DNA of 64,000 bases from Hydrogenophaga intermedia (GTDB lineage Bacteria > Pseudomonadota > Gammaproteobacteria > Burkholderiales > Burkholderiaceae_C), in NCBI GenBank assembly GCA_943371055.1, contig CALRTJ020000013.1, positions 33,518 to 97,517 on the forward strand, in the 5' to 3' direction. How positions within the stretch are numbered: position 1 is the stretch's first letter; the number at the start of each line of letters is the position of its first letter. Positions 9,109 through 17,751 of this stretch are shown here, in pieces. Under the pieces are notes generated by a model that saw nothing but the letters and a program-made list of their open reading frames with translations, had not been told where the DNA came from and did not search any database. The position numbers and the translations under genes are program-made.

Positions 9109-12100
9109 ATGAAGACCATTCAAGACCTACTCGACCACTATCGCGTTACGGCCCAAACCGAACGTGAGAAGGGGGCGTACTTTGAAGAGTTGATCCTGTG
9201 CTACCTGCGTCACGAAGCCAGCTATCGGGATCTCTACGACAAGGTTTGGACTTACTCAGACTGGGCGGCCGAGAACGGCTTGGACAGGCGCGACACAGGT
9301 ATCGATCTGGTCGCTCGCGCTTCTGGCACCGGCGAGTTCCACGCCATCCAGTGCAAGCTGTACGACCCGACCTACCGGCTCCAGAAGGCGGACATCGACA
9401 GCTTCTTCACCGCCTCCGGCAAGAAGCCGTTCACCCACCGGGTGATCGTCAGCACGACCAACCTGTGGAGCGAGCACGCTGAGGATGCGCTGCGCGATCA
9501 GCAGCCCCCGGTCAGCAAGATCGATCTGCACGACCTGGAAAACAGCCAGATCGACTGGTCGGCCTACCAGCCCAAGGCCCCGCCGAAGCTCAAGGACCGC
9601 AAGCAACTCCGGCCGCATCAGGAGCTGGCGGTTGAAAAGGTGGTGGCCGGCCTGGCCGACAACGATCGCGGCAAGCTGATCATGGCCTGCGGCACCGGCA
9701 AGACCTTCACCAGCCTGAAGGTGGCCGAACAGCTGGCCGGGGCAGGCAAGCGGGTGCTGTTCCTGGTGCCCAGCCTGGCGCTGCTGTCGCAATCGCTGAC
9801 AGAGTGGACCCAAGAGAGCGCCGTTCCACTGCACAGCTTTGCGGTGTGCTCGGACGGCGACGTCGGCAAGAAGCGCACCAAAGATGACGACGTGGTGCAG
9901 ACGTTCATGCACGAGCTGCGCTACCCAGCGACGACGAGCCCCCAGCGCCTGGCCGCGGAGATGGCAAGGCGGCACGACGCTGCGCACATGAGCGTCGTCT
10001 TCAGCACCTACCACTCGATCGACGTGATCAGCCAGGCCCAGAAGGCGGGCCTGGCCGACTTCGATTTGGTCATCTGCGACGAGGCGCACCGCACCACGGG
10101 CGCCACATTCGACGGTGAGGAAGAGAGCAACTTCGTCCGGGTTCATGACGCGGGCTTCATCCACGCCGCGAAACGGCTGTACATGACGGCCACCCCCCGC
10201 ATCTTTGGCGAGCACGCCAAGGCCAGTGCGGAGAAGGACAACGTCGCGCTGTGTAGCATGGACGACCCCGCGCTGTACGGGCCTGAGCTGCACGTCATCA
10301 CCTTCTCCGAGGCGGTGAAGCGCGGCCTGCTGGTGGACTACAAAGTGATCGTGCTGGCCGTCGAGGAGAAGCATGTCAACCGCCGGCTGCAAAAACTGCT
10401 GTCCGACGAGAACAACCAGGTCAAGGTGGACGATGCGGCCAAGATCGTCGGCTGCTGGAAGGCACTTTCGAAGCAGGGCCTGGCTGAGAGCCTGACCGGC
10501 GATGAGCGGCCGATGCAGCGCGCCGTGGCGTTCTGCCAGGTGATCGAGGTTGCCAAGGGCGCCAAGACCCACAAGACCAGCTCTAAGAACATCGCGGGCA
10601 TGTTCCAGGCGGTGGTCGAGGCCTACAAGGAGAGCGTGGCCGACGACGAGGAGTCGCGCGAGGAAGCTTCGATCAAGCTCGCCTGCGAGGCCGAGCACGT
10701 GGACGGCGGCATGAATGCCAGCGCCAAGGAAGCCAAGCTGGCCTGGCTCAAGTCCGAGCCGCCCGAGGAGACCTGCCGCATCCTGAGCAACGTGCGCTGC
10801 CTGTCCGAAGGCGTGGACGTGCCGGCGCTGGACGCCGTGCTGTTCCTCACCCCCCGTAACTCCCAGGTGGACGTGGTTCAGTCGGTGGGGCGCGTGATGC
10901 GCACGGTCAAGGACCCGGTGACGGGTGAAGACAAGAAGAAGCGCGGCTACATCGTGCTTCCCGTCGTCATCCCTGCAGGTGTCGAGGCCCACGAGGCCCT
11001 GAACGACAACAAGACCTACAAGGTGGTCTGGCAGGTGCTGCAGGCCCTGCGCTCGCACGACGATCGTTTCGACGCGATGGTCAATAAGCTCGACCTGATC
11101 GGCAAGGACACCTCCAAAATGGAGGTCATTGCCGTCACGGACAAGATCCAGCGCAAGGCCAAGAAGACCCCTGGCGAGGACAAGGAGAAGACCAAGCGCA
11201 AGAAGCTAGCGAAGAAGGCCAAAGGCGGCAACAGCATCGGCACTGCGACGGGCGGCCAGGGTGAGCAGACCCAGGAGAGCTTCGAGTTCGAGATCGGCGA
11301 GATCGAGAAGGCCATGTACGCCAAGCTGGTGGAGAAGGTGGGCAACCGCCATCACTGGGAGGACTGGGCCAACGACATCGCCAAGATCGCCCGCACCCAC
11401 ATCGACCGCATCGAAGCCCTGCTGGAGAACCCGGCTAACACCAAGGAGCGCGAGGCCTTTGCCAGCTTCGCGGCCGAGCTGCGCGACGATCTGAACGACA
11501 GCATCACCGACGGCGAGATCGTCGAGATGCTGGCCCAGCACTTGATCACCAAGCCGGTGTTCGACGCGCTCTTTGAGGGCTACAGCTTCGCTAGCAAGAA
11601 CCCCATGAGTCAGGCCATGCAGGGCGTGCTGGACGCTTTGCAGGAGCACCACCTGGACAAGGAGGCCGACACGCTGCAGGCGTTCTACGACAGCGTGAAG
11701 CTTCGTGCCTCAGGCATCGACAACGCGGACGGCAAGCAGAAAATCGTTGTCGAGCTATACAACAACTTCTTCTCCAAAGCGTTCCCACTTCTGCGCGACA
11801 AACTTGGAATCGTCTACACGCCAGTCGAGGTAGTGGACTTCATCATCCACAGCGTCAACGACGTGCTGCAGTCAGAGTTCGACCAGACGCTGGGCAGCAA
11901 GGGCGTGCACATCATCGACCCGTTCACCGGCACGGGCACTTTCATCACGCGCCTGCTGCAGAGCGGCCTGATCACGCCCGAGCAGCTGCGCGACAAGTAC
12001 AAGCACGAGATCCACGCGAACGAGATCGTTCTGCTGGCCTACTACATCGCGGCCATCAACATCGAGGCGGTCTACCACAGCCTGGCGGGTGGTGAGTACG

Positions 12101-14106
12101 AGCCTTTCGAGGGCATCTGCCTGACTGACACGTTCCAGATGTACGAAAAGGACGATCTGGTCAGCGACGTGCTGGTCGACAACGGCACGCGGCGCAAGCG
12201 GCAGAAGAAGCTGGACATCCGAGTGATCATCGGTAACCCGCCGTACTCGGTGGGACAGAAGAGCGAGAACGACAACAACGACAACGTCACGTACCCACAC
12301 CTGGACCGCCGGATCCGGGAGACCTATGCCGCCCGGTCGGACGCCGTGCTGGCCAAGGGCCTGTACGACAGCTACATCCGTGCCATCCGCTGGGCCAGCG
12401 ACCGTGTCGGCGAGAGTGGTGTGATCGGTTTCGTGACCAACGCGGGCTTCCTGGAAGCCAACACGGCGGACGGGCTTCGCAGGTGCTTGGTCGACGAGTT
12501 CAGCAGCCTCTACGTCTTCCATCTGCGTGGCAACCAGCGAACAGCCGGCGAACTGTCGCGCAAGGAGGGCGGAAAGATCTTCGGCAGTGGCAGCCGCGCC
12601 CCGATCGCCATCACTGTGCTGGTGAAGAACCCGGACGCAGCACAGATGGGCCGGATTTTCTTCCACGACATTGGCGACTACCTCAGCCGCGAGGACAAGC
12701 TAGAGAAGATCAGCGACTACCGCAGCGTGGTCGGCATCACCGAGACGCAGGGCTGGCAGGCGATCACGCCAGACGAACACGGCGACTGGCTCAAGCAACG
12801 GGATGACAGCTTCTCGGACTACATCGTGCTGGGTGACAAGAAGGGCTCTGGGCCGAAACTGTTCGATAACTTCTCTTTGGGCGTGGTCACCAACCGAGAT
12901 GCCTGGTGCTACAACTCATCCAAGATGGCCGTGTCCGCCAACATGACGCGGATGATTGGCTTCTACAACCAGGAAGCCAAGCGCTTCGACACGGCTCACC
13001 CTGGCCTGGACAAGAGGCAGCGCGAAGACCTGTTGGATGATTTCATTGATGCTGACGCAGCGAAGATCGCCTGGACCCGATCGCTGAAGCAGGAACTGGC
13101 CAAGGACCGCCGGTTTGCATTCGACGAAGGCTGCTTAGTGCCTGGCCTCTACAGGCCATTCATGAAGCAGTGGTTGTACTTCAACCGCCGCTTCAATGAG
13201 ATGGTCTACCAGATGCCGAAGTTCTTTCCGGACGCGAAGTCGGAAAACCTCGTGATCGGCGTATCGGCCTCGGATTCCCGGAGCGCCTATTCGGTGTTCA
13301 TCAGCGACCATGTCGCCAGCCTTCACGCCGTGGACATGGTGGGATCGCAGTACTTTCCCCTGTACCTGTACGACGATCCGGAAGACGACGCGCCGACCAA
13401 TGAATCAACGCAACGGCCCATGTTTGACGAAGCTGCGGCACCCGCCAAGTTGCCCACCCGCAAGCGCCGGGACGCCATCACCGCTGAAGGCCTAGCCCAT
13501 TTCCAAGCCGCCTACCCCGGCGAGGACATCAGCCGCGAGGATGTCTTCTACTACGTCTATGGCCTGCTTCACTCGCCGGACTACCGCGAGCGTTTCGCCG
13601 ACAACCTGGGTAAGGAACTGCCGCGCATCCCGTGCGTGACCAGCGCGACCGACTTTCGTGCCTTCAGCACGGCAGGGCGCCATTTGGCGAAACTGCACCT
13701 GAAGTACGAAGAGGTGCCAATGTTTGCCGCTCGCGTCGACGGCGACGACATGTCCAAACCGCCCAAGCTGGACGCAGCCGACTACCGCGTCGAAAAGATG
13801 AAGTTTGGCAAGACCGGCAAGGACAAGGATCAGACCACCATCCACTACAACCACAAGATCGTGGTCAAGGGCATTCCTCTTGAAGCGTACGAGTACGTCG
13901 TCAACGGCAAGCCGGCAATCGAGTGGGTGATGGACCGCCAGGTCGTCAAGCCCGACAAGGCCAGCGGCATCGTCAACGACGCTAACGACTGGGCGGTGGA
14001 AACGATGGGCAACCCGCGCTACCCGCTGGAACTGCTGCTGCGCGTGGTCACGGTCAGCGTCGAGACGATGAAGATCGTCAACGCGCTACCCAAGCTGGCG
14101 ATCTAA
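9109..14106 (+). CDS. Type ISP restriction-modification enzyme (Mrr-like nuclease, SF2 helicase-like ATPase, N6-adenine methyltransferase and target-recognition domain in one chain; LlaGI/LlaBIII-like)
   Basis: The N-terminal Mrr/PD-(D/E)xK region is DLVAR...EFHAIQCK. Walker A is MACGTGKT (nt 9685-9705) and DEAH lies at nt 10078-10089. MTase motif I is DPFTGTGTF (about nt 11917). Motif IV GNPPY lies at nt 12232-12246. A C-terminal region of about 500 aa follows. Total length 1665 aa. Confidence 0.9.
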   Translation: MKTIQDLLDHYRVTAQTEREKGAYFEELILCYLRHEASYRDLYDKVWTYSDWAAENGLDRRDTGIDLVARASGTGEFHAIQCKLYDPTYRLQKADIDSFFTASGKKPFTHRVIVSTTNLWSEHAEDALRDQQPPVSKIDLHDLENSQIDWSAYQPKAPPKLKDRKQLRPHQELAVEKVVAGLADNDRGKLIMACGTGKTFTSLKVAEQLAGAGKRVLFLVPSLALLSQSLTEWTQESAVPLHSFAVCSDGDVGKKRTKDDDVVQTFMHELRYPATTSPQRLAAEMARRHDAAHMSVVFSTYHSIDVISQAQKAGLADFDLVICDEAHRTTGATFDGEEESNFVRVHDAGFIHAAKRLYMTATPRIFGEHAKASAEKDNVALCSMDDPALYGPELHVITFSEAVKRGLLVDYKVIVLAVEEKHVNRRLQKLLSDENNQVKVDDAAKIVGCWKALSKQGLAESLTGDERPMQRAVAFCQVIEVAKGAKTHKTSSKNIAGMFQAVVEAYKESVADDEESREEASIKLACEAEHVDGGMNASAKEAKLAWLKSEPPEETCRILSNVRCLSEGVDVPALDAVLFLTPRNSQVDVVQSVGRVMRTVKDPVTGEDKKKRGYIVLPVVIPAGVEAHEALNDNKTYKVVWQVLQALRSHDDRFDAMVNKLDLIGKDTSKMEVIAVTDKIQRKAKKTPGEDKEKTKRKKLAKKAKGGNSIGTATGGQGEQTQESFEFEIGEIEKAMYAKLVEKVGNRHHWEDWANDIAKIARTHIDRIEALLENPANTKEREAFASFAAELRDDLNDSITDGEIVEMLAQHLITKPVFDALFEGYSFASKNPMSQAMQGVLDALQEHHLDKEADTLQAFYDSVKLRASGIDNADGKQKIVVELYNNFFSKAFPLLRDKLGIVYTPVEVVDFIIHSVNDVLQSEFDQTLGSKGVHIIDPFTGTGTFITRLLQSGLITPEQLRDKYKHEIHANEIVLLAYYIAAINIEAVYHSLAGGEYEPFEGICLTDTFQMYEKDDLVSDVLVDNGTRRKRQKKLDIRVIIGNPPYSVGQKSENDNNDNVTYPHLDRRIRETYAARSDAVLAKGLYDSYIRAIRWASDRVGESGVIGFVTNAGFLEANTADGLRRCLVDEFSSLYVFHLRGNQRTAGELSRKEGGKIFGSGSRAPIAITVLVKNPDAAQMGRIFFHDIGDYLSREDKLEKISDYRSVVGITETQGWQAITPDEHGDWLKQRDDSFSDYIVLGDKKGSGPKLFDNFSLGVVTNRDAWCYNSSKMAVSANMTRMIGFYNQEAKRFDTAHPGLDKRQREDLLDDFIDADAAKIAWTRSLKQELAKDRRFAFDEGCLVPGLYRPFMKQWLYFNRRFNEMVYQMPKFFPDAKSENLVIGVSASDSRSAYSVFISDHVASLHAVDMVGSQYFPLYLYDDPEDDAPTNESTQRPMFDEAAAPAKLPTRKRRDAITAEGLAHFQAAYPGEDISREDVFYYVYGLLHSPDYRERFADNLGKELPRIPCVTSATDFRAFSTAGRHLAKLHLKYEEVPMFAARVDGDDMSKPPKLDAADYRVEKMKFGKTGKDKDQTTIHYNHKIVVKGIPLEAYEYVVNGKPAIEWVMDRQVVKPDKASGIVNDANDWAVETMGNPRYPLELLLRVVTVSVETMKIVNALPKLAI

Positions 14107-14126
14107 GCAGTGGGCAGCCCAAGGTG

Positions 14127-14161
14127 CTTCACTGCCTCACTGAAACAGTGAGGCAGTGAAG
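14127..14161. terminator. perfect 16-bp-stem hairpin between convergent genes (bidirectional terminator candidate)
   Basis: cttcactgcctcactg-aaa-cagtgaggcagtgaag lies 20 nt after the type ISP stop codon. There is no clear T-run, so intrinsic termination is not certain. Confidence 0.5.
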
Positions 14162-14238
14162 CGATGAAGCCCCGCGTACCGAGTTGTCTCAAGCAAGGGC
14201 GGTGCGCAGGGCGTAGCCCTGCGACACCTGCACGGTTT

Positions 14239-15348
14239 CTACCGCCCGCCCTCGATCACTTGAAGCACCGGCCGCCTAGGGCGTGACTGAGCCTGGGCGT
14301 CACCCACAAGCGCGGTCAGCGCCAGCCCGAACACCAGTTCGTCAAGCTCGTTCACGTGCACAGCCAACTGAGCGGCAATGTCGCTGCGGGTCAGGCCGTC
14401 TTCGCGCAATGCAGCGAAGACCTTCTGGAAGACTTGCGAAGTTTCCCGAGGGGCGCCGTTCGGCTCCGCCTTTTGGTACCCCCGCTGCGCCATCTCGATG
14501 CACAAGGACCTGTAGTGCCAGTCGTTGACGAGCTTAAGGTCTTTCAGTCTGTAGGCAAGGGCTGCGACCGAGACTGTCCAGAAAACCTTGTGGGCTACCA
14601 ACTGGTCTACGGTGGCCATAACCGGCGCGTTGGCTAGGATGCTCCCTTCCGGCATGAGGAACGCCGATGCGAACTCATTCGCTTGGCGTTCGGCGTCCTT
14701 GACCTTCGGACCTGCGTGACGATGAAGGACCAGGTGACCAAGTTCATGGGCTGCATCGAAGCGGCTGCGCTCGCACGACTTCATCGTGTTCAGGAACACG
14801 AACGGCGTAGTCGCATGCCACATCGAATAGGCATCTACATGCGCTGTGTCCAGTGACAACGAGAACACACGAACGCCACGCGCCTCCAGCAGGTGGACCA
14901 TGTTCTTGATCGGCAACTCACCAAGACCCCAGATACGGCGCAACGCAACCGCTGCTGCTGCAGGGCTGGACTCCTGGCTTAGGTCGGGCAGCTGCGCAGT
15001 TGGCAACTCGAAGCGCTGCTCGATCCATTCATTCAGCATCAGTGCGACAGCGCCGGCCCCTAGGGCGGCATCGCGCTGACCGGCGGTCATCTTCGACATC
15101 GACCTGAAGCTGACGACGTCGGGTGTGACCTCCTGAACATCAGCACCAACAAAAAACTGCACTGGGAAGTGCAGTTGGTCAGCGAGCGCGAGAAGCCTCT
15201 CCCTTTCCGGCTTGTATTCGCCACTCTCATACGCGGTCACCGCTCGAACGTCTGCCCCGATCAGCTCCGCCAATTTCCTCTTGGTTAGACCCCGGCGACG
15301 TCGAGCCAGGCAAAGGCGATTCGGGTTGAACTCTGCACCGTAGCTCAT
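14239..15348 (-). CDS. fused XRE-HTH / ImmA-IrrE (COG2856) zinc metallopeptidase protein
   Basis: The N-terminal HTH is RRGLTKRKLAELIGADVRAVTAYESGEYKP. The metallopeptidase motif HELGH and downstream EFASAFLMP are typical of ImmA/IrrE. A C-terminal domain of about 120 aa follows. Confidence 0.85.
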   Translation of the reverse strand: MSYGAEFNPNRLCLARRRRGLTKRKLAELIGADVRAVTAYESGEYKPERERLLALADQLHFPVQFFVGADVQEVTPDVVSFRSMSKMTAGQRDAALGAGAVALMLNEWIEQRFELPTAQLPDLSQESSPAAAAVALRRIWGLGELPIKNMVHLLEARGVRVFSLSLDTAHVDAYSMWHATTPFVFLNTMKSCERSRFDAAHELGHLVLHRHAGPKVKDAERQANEFASAFLMPEGSILANAPVMATVDQLVAHKVFWTVSVAALAYRLKDLKLVNDWHYRSLCIEMAQRGYQKAEPNGAPRETSQVFQKVFAALREDGLTRSDIAAQLAVHVNELDELVFGLALTALVGDAQAQSRPRRPVLQVIEGGR

Positions 15349-15986
15349 GCCTTCCGCCGGACTGCAACATCGATGTCTGGCTGGACGGGCGGGGTGATCA
15401 CCACCTGTTCGCCGTCGAGCGGTTGGGCGCGCAAGATGATCCGCTCTTGCCAGACGGAGACGCGTCCATCGCTGCCAACGTCTAGCGGCAGCGACAACTC
15501 GGCGCGCAGCTCATTCTTGGCGTGGTGCGCCAGCAAGATCCAGGTCGTGACCTTCTCGTCCTCGTCTCGAAGCGGCACTGGCAACTCCAGGCCAGGCAGG
15601 TACAGCTGCATGCTTCGGTTGATCTCGATGGCGCCTGCTGTGTTCGGGCCTTTCGACGAGGTTGTAGCCGGCTCTGCGTGCGCGATGCCAGTTGCTTCGT
15701 TGCCGGTCGAGACGATGATCGAAATCGCACCATCGGGGCTGACGGTCTTTGGCGAGTTTTGATCGTTGAAACGGGTCCAGCCCTCGGGCTTCAGGACGTC
15801 GCGCAGCGTGCGAACCGCCTCACTCCACGCTGCGATGGGCGGAAAAAGCGGCGGGTGGTTTTCAGTGCAGTTCGACTTGGCGATGTAGCCCGCCATCACC
15901 GCACGCAGCAGCGCGGCTTCGGTCAAGCCGAGCTGCTGCAGGCGCGAGAGGACTGAGGCGGGTTCGGCGTGGAGGATTGCATTCAT
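15345..15986 (-). CDS. hypothetical protein, upstream partner of the HTH-ImmA gene (unknown function)
   Basis: Its stop overlaps the start of the HTH-ImmA gene (ATGA at 15345-15348). I recognise no domain. The start could be at 16028 instead. Confidence 0.55.
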   Translation of the reverse strand: MNAILHAEPASVLSRLQQLGLTEAALLRAVMAGYIAKSNCTENHPPLFPPIAAWSEAVRTLRDVLKPEGWTRFNDQNSPKTVSPDGAISIIVSTGNEATGIAHAEPATTSSKGPNTAGAIEINRSMQLYLPGLELPVPLRDEDEKVTTWILLAHHAKNELRAELSLPLDVGSDGRVSVWQERIILRAQPLDGEQVVITPPVQPDIDVAVRRKA

Positions 15987-16401
15987 GGGATGAGCATCCG
16001 GAAGTTCAGCTTCCTGAAATCGTATCACATTTGCGGTAGAAAAAGAGGAAGTTTGTATGCCTTCTTTATTGATGCCAATGAGGCCTGCGGTCTATAGACC
16101 GGTGACAGCGCGGGAAGCGTGAGAACCGATGGCGGAAGGGGAAGTCCTCTTCCAGTCTTCTGTGGCATTGAGTGGTGGTGAATTCGGTTGGGGCTACCCA
16201 GAATGTTGGGGTGTGACAACGGCATTCGTCGTGCTGTTTGCTCAGCTTGTCAGGGCTGGTGTGACTGCAGCTATGAATTCTGAACCGAATGGGTGGTGCA
16301 AGAACCTTTGCAAGAGCTATGAGGAACGAAATCAAGAATTCCTAGCTTTTATGGGGTCTGGAGGACTTCTTTTGGGGGAGCCCCAGGCCACCAAAATCCA
16401 A

Positions 16402-16433
16402 GCCCCGTGCACCGAAAGGTCACGGGGCTTTTC
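16402..16433 (+). terminator. rho-independent terminator-like hairpin at the island/core junction
   Basis: gccccgtgcacc-gaaa-ggtcacggggc is followed by ttttc. No plus-strand gene ends just upstream. Confidence 0.55.
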
Positions 16434-16475
16434 GCTTGTGGCTCGCACCCTGTGGCGCCGCCCACCGCCTTCCCC

Positions 16476-16871
16476 ATGCGCCCCACCGTCCCCATCGTCG
16501 ACGTCGACCGCCTCGAGACCTGGACCCGCTACCGCAACGGCCTGTGCGGCGATTGCGTGGCCAACTGCTGCCGCATGCCGGTGGAGGTGCGCTTGCCGGA
16601 CCTGGTGGGCCTGGGCCTGGTCGACCCGTTCGAGGCCGAGCACGAGGCCCCCAAGGACATCGCGCGGCGGCTGATGAAGGCGCGGCAGGTGGACCATTTC
16701 AACCACAAGCACGGCATCTTCACGCTGGCGCGGCGGGCCAGCGGGGATTGCGCTCTGCTGGACGCGCGGACGCGGCTGTGCACCGTCTACGAGCGCCGGC
16801 CGGGCACCTGCCGCAAGCACCCTCAGGTCGGGCCGCGGCCGGGTTTCTGCCCCTATCAGCGCCGGGGCTGA
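16476..16871 (+). CDS. YkgJ-family cysteine-cluster protein (UPF0153)
   Basis: CGDCVANCC motif, plus a later C...C...C pattern. First high-GC gene after the island. Confidence 0.8.
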   Translation: MRPTVPIVDVDRLETWTRYRNGLCGDCVANCCRMPVEVRLPDLVGLGLVDPFEAEHEAPKDIARRLMKARQVDHFNHKHGIFTLARRASGDCALLDARTRLCTVYERRPGTCRKHPQVGPRPGFCPYQRRG

Positions 16872-16939
16872 AATCCCTTGCCCGGCGGGCCCGGCCTCGG
16901 TGGAGAATCGGCGGCGCCACACACCTTCCGGGAGCCCGC

Positions 16940-17728
16940 ATGAAGTCCCTGCCGATTGCCTTGTGCCTGTCCCTGCTGGCTGCCCTGGCCGCACCGGCCC
17001 ACGCCGGGCCGGTCCTGGACCGTGTGAAGTCCGCCGGCGCGGTGCGGGTCTGCATCTGGCCGGAGTATTACGGCATCACCTGGCGCAACCCGCGCACGCA
17101 GCAGCTCAGCGGCATCGACATCGAACTCTCGGCCGAGTTCGCCAAGGACCTGGGCGTGAAGCTGCAGTATGTGGAGAGCGCCTTCCCCAAGCTGATCGAC
17201 GACCTGCTGGGCGACCGCTGCGATGTCTCCATGCACGCGGTGGCGGTGTTGCCGGCGCGGACCGAGAAGCTGCGCTTCAGCCAGCCCTACCTGCAGAGCG
17301 ACATCTACGGCATCACCACCCGCAGCCAGCGGGCGATCAAGCGCTGGGAGGACATCGACCAGCCGGGCGTCCAGGTGGCGGTGCAGGCGGGCACCTTCAT
17401 GGAGCCGGTGATGGCCGCGGCCCTCAAGCAGGCCACGATGGTGGTGGTGCGGCCGCCGCAGACGCGAGAGGGCGAGCTCGAGGCCGGACGGGTGGATGTC
17501 TTCATGACCGACTACCCTTACAGCCGGCGCCTGTTGGACAACGCCGACTGGGCGCGCCTGATCACCCCCTCCAAGCCCTTCCATGTGCTGCCCTACGCCT
17601 ATGCGGTCAAGCCCGGTGATGCCGAATGGCTGGGCCAGCTCGACGCCTTCGTGGCCCGGATCAAGAAGGATGGCCGCTTGGCCGCCGCGGCGGGTCGCCA
17701 CGGCCTGACCGAGGTCGTGGTCCGCTGA
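16940..17728 (+). CDS. periplasmic substrate-binding protein (family 3 / amino-acid ABC-type SBP fold)
   Basis: Signal peptide MKSLPIALCLSLLAALAAPAHA, with a GGAG RBS. SBP_bac_3-like blocks: GIDIELSAEFAKDLGVKL, DVSMHAV, DVFMTDYP. Confidence 0.85.
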   Translation: MKSLPIALCLSLLAALAAPAHAGPVLDRVKSAGAVRVCIWPEYYGITWRNPRTQQLSGIDIELSAEFAKDLGVKLQYVESAFPKLIDDLLGDRCDVSMHAVAVLPARTEKLRFSQPYLQSDIYGITTRSQRAIKRWEDIDQPGVQVAVQAGTFMEPVMAAALKQATMVVVRPPQTREGELEAGRVDVFMTDYPYSRRLLDNADWARLITPSKPFHVLPYAYAVKPGDAEWLGQLDAFVARIKKDGRLAAAAGRHGLTEVVVR

Positions 17729-17751
17729 GCGCCGGCCGGCACCCACGGCCC

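Larger units (their letters stand above)
1..16433. mobile_element. Right-hand portion of a horizontally acquired genomic island (ICE/prophage-like recombination module plus restriction/defence cargo); left end lies outside the window
   Basis: GC is visibly lower and A/T-ending codons more frequent than in the rest of the window. MGE hallmark genes are present (YqaJ exonuclease, DUF932, SRAP, XRE regulators) plus a type ISP R-M enzyme. Very high-GC core genes begin abruptly after about 16.43 kb. No integrase, tRNA or flanking direct repeat is visible, so the boundary is approximate. Confidence 0.6.

Noticed and set aside
9256-11058. 600-aa antisense ORF inside the type ISP gene
   Set aside because: It is fully antisense to a gene with unambiguous motifs, has a low-complexity Arg/Gly/Leu/His-rich translation, and has no domain.
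16029-16475. tRNA or tmRNA gene, or attachment-site repeat, at the island junction; also ORF 16129-16674
   Set aside because: I could find no T-arm (GGTTCGAATCC-like) or acceptor-CCA architecture by eye. The other island end is outside the window, so no direct repeat can be tested. The ORF runs across the compositional junction into the ykgJ gene in a different frame and has no RBS.
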